Assembly: GCA_963804995.1 (NCBI GenBank)
Contig: CAWDSK010000006.1
Coordinates: forward strand, 992,001-1,056,000
Length of the DNA stretch: 64,000 nt
DNA from: an uncultured Acidobacteriota bacterium
GTDB lineage: Bacteria; Acidobacteriota; Terriglobia; UBA7540
Direction of reading: 5' to 3'
A model generated the notes under the pieces. The model had not been told where the DNA came from, made no database searches, and saw only the letters and a program-made list of their open reading frames with translations. Position 1 is the stretch's first letter; each line of letters starts with the position of its first letter. Below are positions 61,955 to 64,000 of the stretch, piece after piece. The translations under genes were made by a program, and so were the position numbers.

Positions 61955-63028
61955 CTACCCCACTTTTGGCGTAATCCCACCCGCTTTGACGACTTCTTCC
62001 GCCAGGTGATTGACTACCTTGGAGCGGTTGCGGAGCATCTCGATGTAGGCAGCTTTGAGCAGTTGCTCCTTTTCGTTGCGCAAAGTCTGCCGGATAGCGC
62101 TCTGCACGCGCAGGTCGGCAAGGGTATGCTGGCCCGCCTCTTCGACGCCCATGAGCTTGATGATGTGGAACCCGCCGCTCGAGTGAATGATGGGTGACAT
62201 CTGGCCAACCTTGAGCGATGTGACCATTTGCTTCAACTGCGGCGAGGAGTTGAGCGCGGAAGCGGGAATAAAACCCATGTCGCCGCCGCCCGCCGCCGTA
62301 CGCGGGTCCTCAGAGTACTCCTGAGCCACCGTACCGAAATCTTCTCCGGTCTGAAGGCGCGCATACAACGCCGCGATTTTGCGCTCGGCCGCCTGCGGCG
62401 TCTTGGCGTCGTCATTCTTCAGGTTGCGGATCTCCGCGTCCGGAACCGGCGTCACTTGGATTTGCGCAATGTGGTAGGTGGTCTCGGCCACATTGAAATT
62501 CGCTTTGTTCTTGTCGAAGTAAGTGCTGATTTCCGCGTCGGTGACATTGATGCGCGAGACAATTTCTTTGTTGAACAGCTTGGAAATGATAATGCCCTCG
62601 CGGACTTGCTGACGGAGAGCGTCGGCGTCCATTCCCTGCTCCTGGAGTTTCTTCTGGAACTCCTCCTTGGTATAGGGGCTCTTAAGCTCCGCCACCTTGG
62701 AATCGATCTCGGCCTCCGAAGCGGTAATTCGCGAGTGCGAGGCGTGCGTCACCAGAATCTGGTTATTGATAAGTTCGTTCAAGATATTCAGCTTGAAGCT
62801 CGCCGCCTCCTCGGGGCTGGCAGCATCCGTACCTTGGACCGTGCGACCGCGGTAAACGCGATCCACCTGCTCGCGGTAAATGGGCTGGGAGTCTACCTCA
62901 GCCCAGACTTCGTGGCCCGGCGCCACCTTGGGTGTGCAGCCCGGCAGCAGAGCGAGCCCGCCGAGGAGGGCCAACACGGGGGCTCTTACGATAGAATTAC
63001 GATAACGGTTGAGATTGTTCATGCGCAT
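61955..63028 (-). CDS. SurA/PrsA-like parvulin peptidyl-prolyl isomerase lipoprotein
   Basis: Lipobox LPGC, EDFGTVAQEYSED..GGDMG and GFHIIK. Confidence 0.88.
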   Translation of the reverse strand: MRMNNLNRYRNSIVRAPVLALLGGLALLPGCTPKVAPGHEVWAEVDSQPIYREQVDRVYRGRTVQGTDAASPEEAASFKLNILNELINNQILVTHASHSRITASEAEIDSKVAELKSPYTKEEFQKKLQEQGMDADALRQQVREGIIISKLFNKEIVSRINVTDAEISTYFDKNKANFNVAETTYHIAQIQVTPVPDAEIRNLKNDDAKTPQAAERKIAALYARLQTGEDFGTVAQEYSEDPRTAAGGGDMGFIPASALNSSPQLKQMVTSLKVGQMSPIIHSSGGFHIIKLMGVEEAGQHTLADLRVQSAIRQTLRNEKEQLLKAAYIEMLRNRSKVVNHLAEEVVKAGGITPKVG

Positions 63029-63129
63029 ATTGTAACTCGCGCAGCGGATTCCAGGTGGCAAAATCGCGGCAGTCTGGTAGAATGAAGGATTGTCGAAGTC
63101 CAGTCGTTTAGATCAAGAGAGGTGCGGCA

Positions 63130-63321
63130 ATGGCTCGTACGTGTGACCTTTGCGGAAAAGGTCCCCAATATGGAAATCGAATCAGTCACGCGCACAACGT
63201 AACGAAACGCCGCTGGAACCCCAACCTGCGGCGCGTCCATGCACTGGTCAAGGGCACTCACAAAACCGTCAACGCCTGCACGGCGTGCATTCGCTCGGGA
63301 AAAGTCACCAAGATCAAGTAG
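63130..63321 (+). CDS. rpmB: 50S ribosomal protein L28
   Basis: [10 protein letters not shown]...[15 protein letters not shown]...CTACIRSGK. Confidence 0.97.
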   Translation: MARTCDLCGKGPQYGNRISHAHNVTKRRWNPNLRRVHALVKGTHKTVNACTACIRSGKVTKIK

Positions 63322-63377
63322 CTCCGCATTCCCGGTCTTCAGGCAGTGCCAACGAAAAGCGCCGCCGGTGTTGGTGA

Positions 63378-63764
63378 TCAGCCTTCCACTTCGGCTACCA
63401 CATCAATTTCAATGGCCGCGTCGCGTGGCAGGCGCGCCGCTTGCAGCGTGGACCGCGCCGGCGGGCAGTCGCCAAAAAAGTGCGCGTACACCTCATTCAT
63501 TTTTCCGAAATCCCCCAGATCCTTCAAGTAAACCGTGGTTTTCAGAACCTGCGCCAGGCTTGATCCCGCCGACTGGAGAACCGCCGCGAGATTCTGTAAC
63601 ACGCGCTCGGTTTGGACCGCGGTGTCGCCTACCACGACCTGGCCCGTAACGGGATCAAGAGGGATCTGCCCCGAGACGAAAAGCAGATTGCCGCACCGAA
63701 TCGCTTGCGAGTAGGGGCCGATAGGGGCCGGCGCTTGGGTGGTGAAGATGGTTTGTTTACTCAC
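63378..63764 (-). CDS. ridA: RidA family reactive intermediate deaminase
   Basis: APAPIGPYSQA, SGQIP, KTTVYL, PPARS and IEID; GTG start preferred. Confidence 0.92.
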   Translation of the reverse strand: MSKQTIFTTQAPAPIGPYSQAIRCGNLLFVSGQIPLDPVTGQVVVGDTAVQTERVLQNLAAVLQSAGSSLAQVLKTTVYLKDLGDFGKMNEVYAHFFGDCPPARSTLQAARLPRDAAIEIDVVAEVEG

Positions 63765-64000
63765 ATGGTCCTCCGAGGGTGGAATGAAACCCGAAGACAT
63801 TCTAAGCGCTGGGGTTGAAGCCGCGCAAAAAGATTTGTGGGTTGGTTCCGTAGAGACTGGCTTTAGAAATGCTCATGGTTCTTCCTCCGGGATTATTTAT
63901 TCCAGAAAATTAGTAGCAGCGCAGAGCAGCGAAGCCGCAACCAAACTAGAAAAGGCGCTGTTAGTTCCATAGTTTGGTGCAGGTCCGCTCAACGGGTGGT

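Overview
GC-rich bacterial chromosome segment. The gene content (SBBP/choice-of-anchor surface protein, Tat-exported Gfo/Idh/MocA and sugar isomerase, HslU with an MVFYLP start) suggests Acidobacteriota; this is an inference. Housekeeping blocks are rplU-rpmA-obgE-nadD-rsfS-rlmH-cobO-accD-folC-plsC, hslVU, acyl-CoA carboxylase genes, and surA-like/rpmB/ridA. Accessory DNA lies between them: Tad pseudopilin genes, an MT-A70/BglII-like R-M pair, a compact Mre11/Rad50 (SbcDC)-like pair, a LexA-like repressor + N6-MTase + HNH operon, and a BrnT/BrnA toxin-antitoxin pair. Mobile and repeat DNA is dense. Highlights: (1) a two-ORF IS4/IS701-like element (HARE-HTH-like ORF + DDE transposase) with a 21-bp hairpin target duplication, and a 5.1-kb cargo element with the same TIRs and a 33-bp hairpin duplication; (2) an IS1111-type IS110 element inserted in a REP-like hairpin, whose four putative bridge-RNA guide segments can be read from the sequence; (3) long inverted-repeat inserts with 8-nt and 7-nt periodicity between consecutive housekeeping genes, one of which encloses a four-helix-bundle (IVP/Avd-like) gene; (4) a 167-bp REP-doublet tandem array. 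At least seven single-base indels in otherwise intact genes suggest assembly error. All calls are from reading the sequence; no database searches were run.
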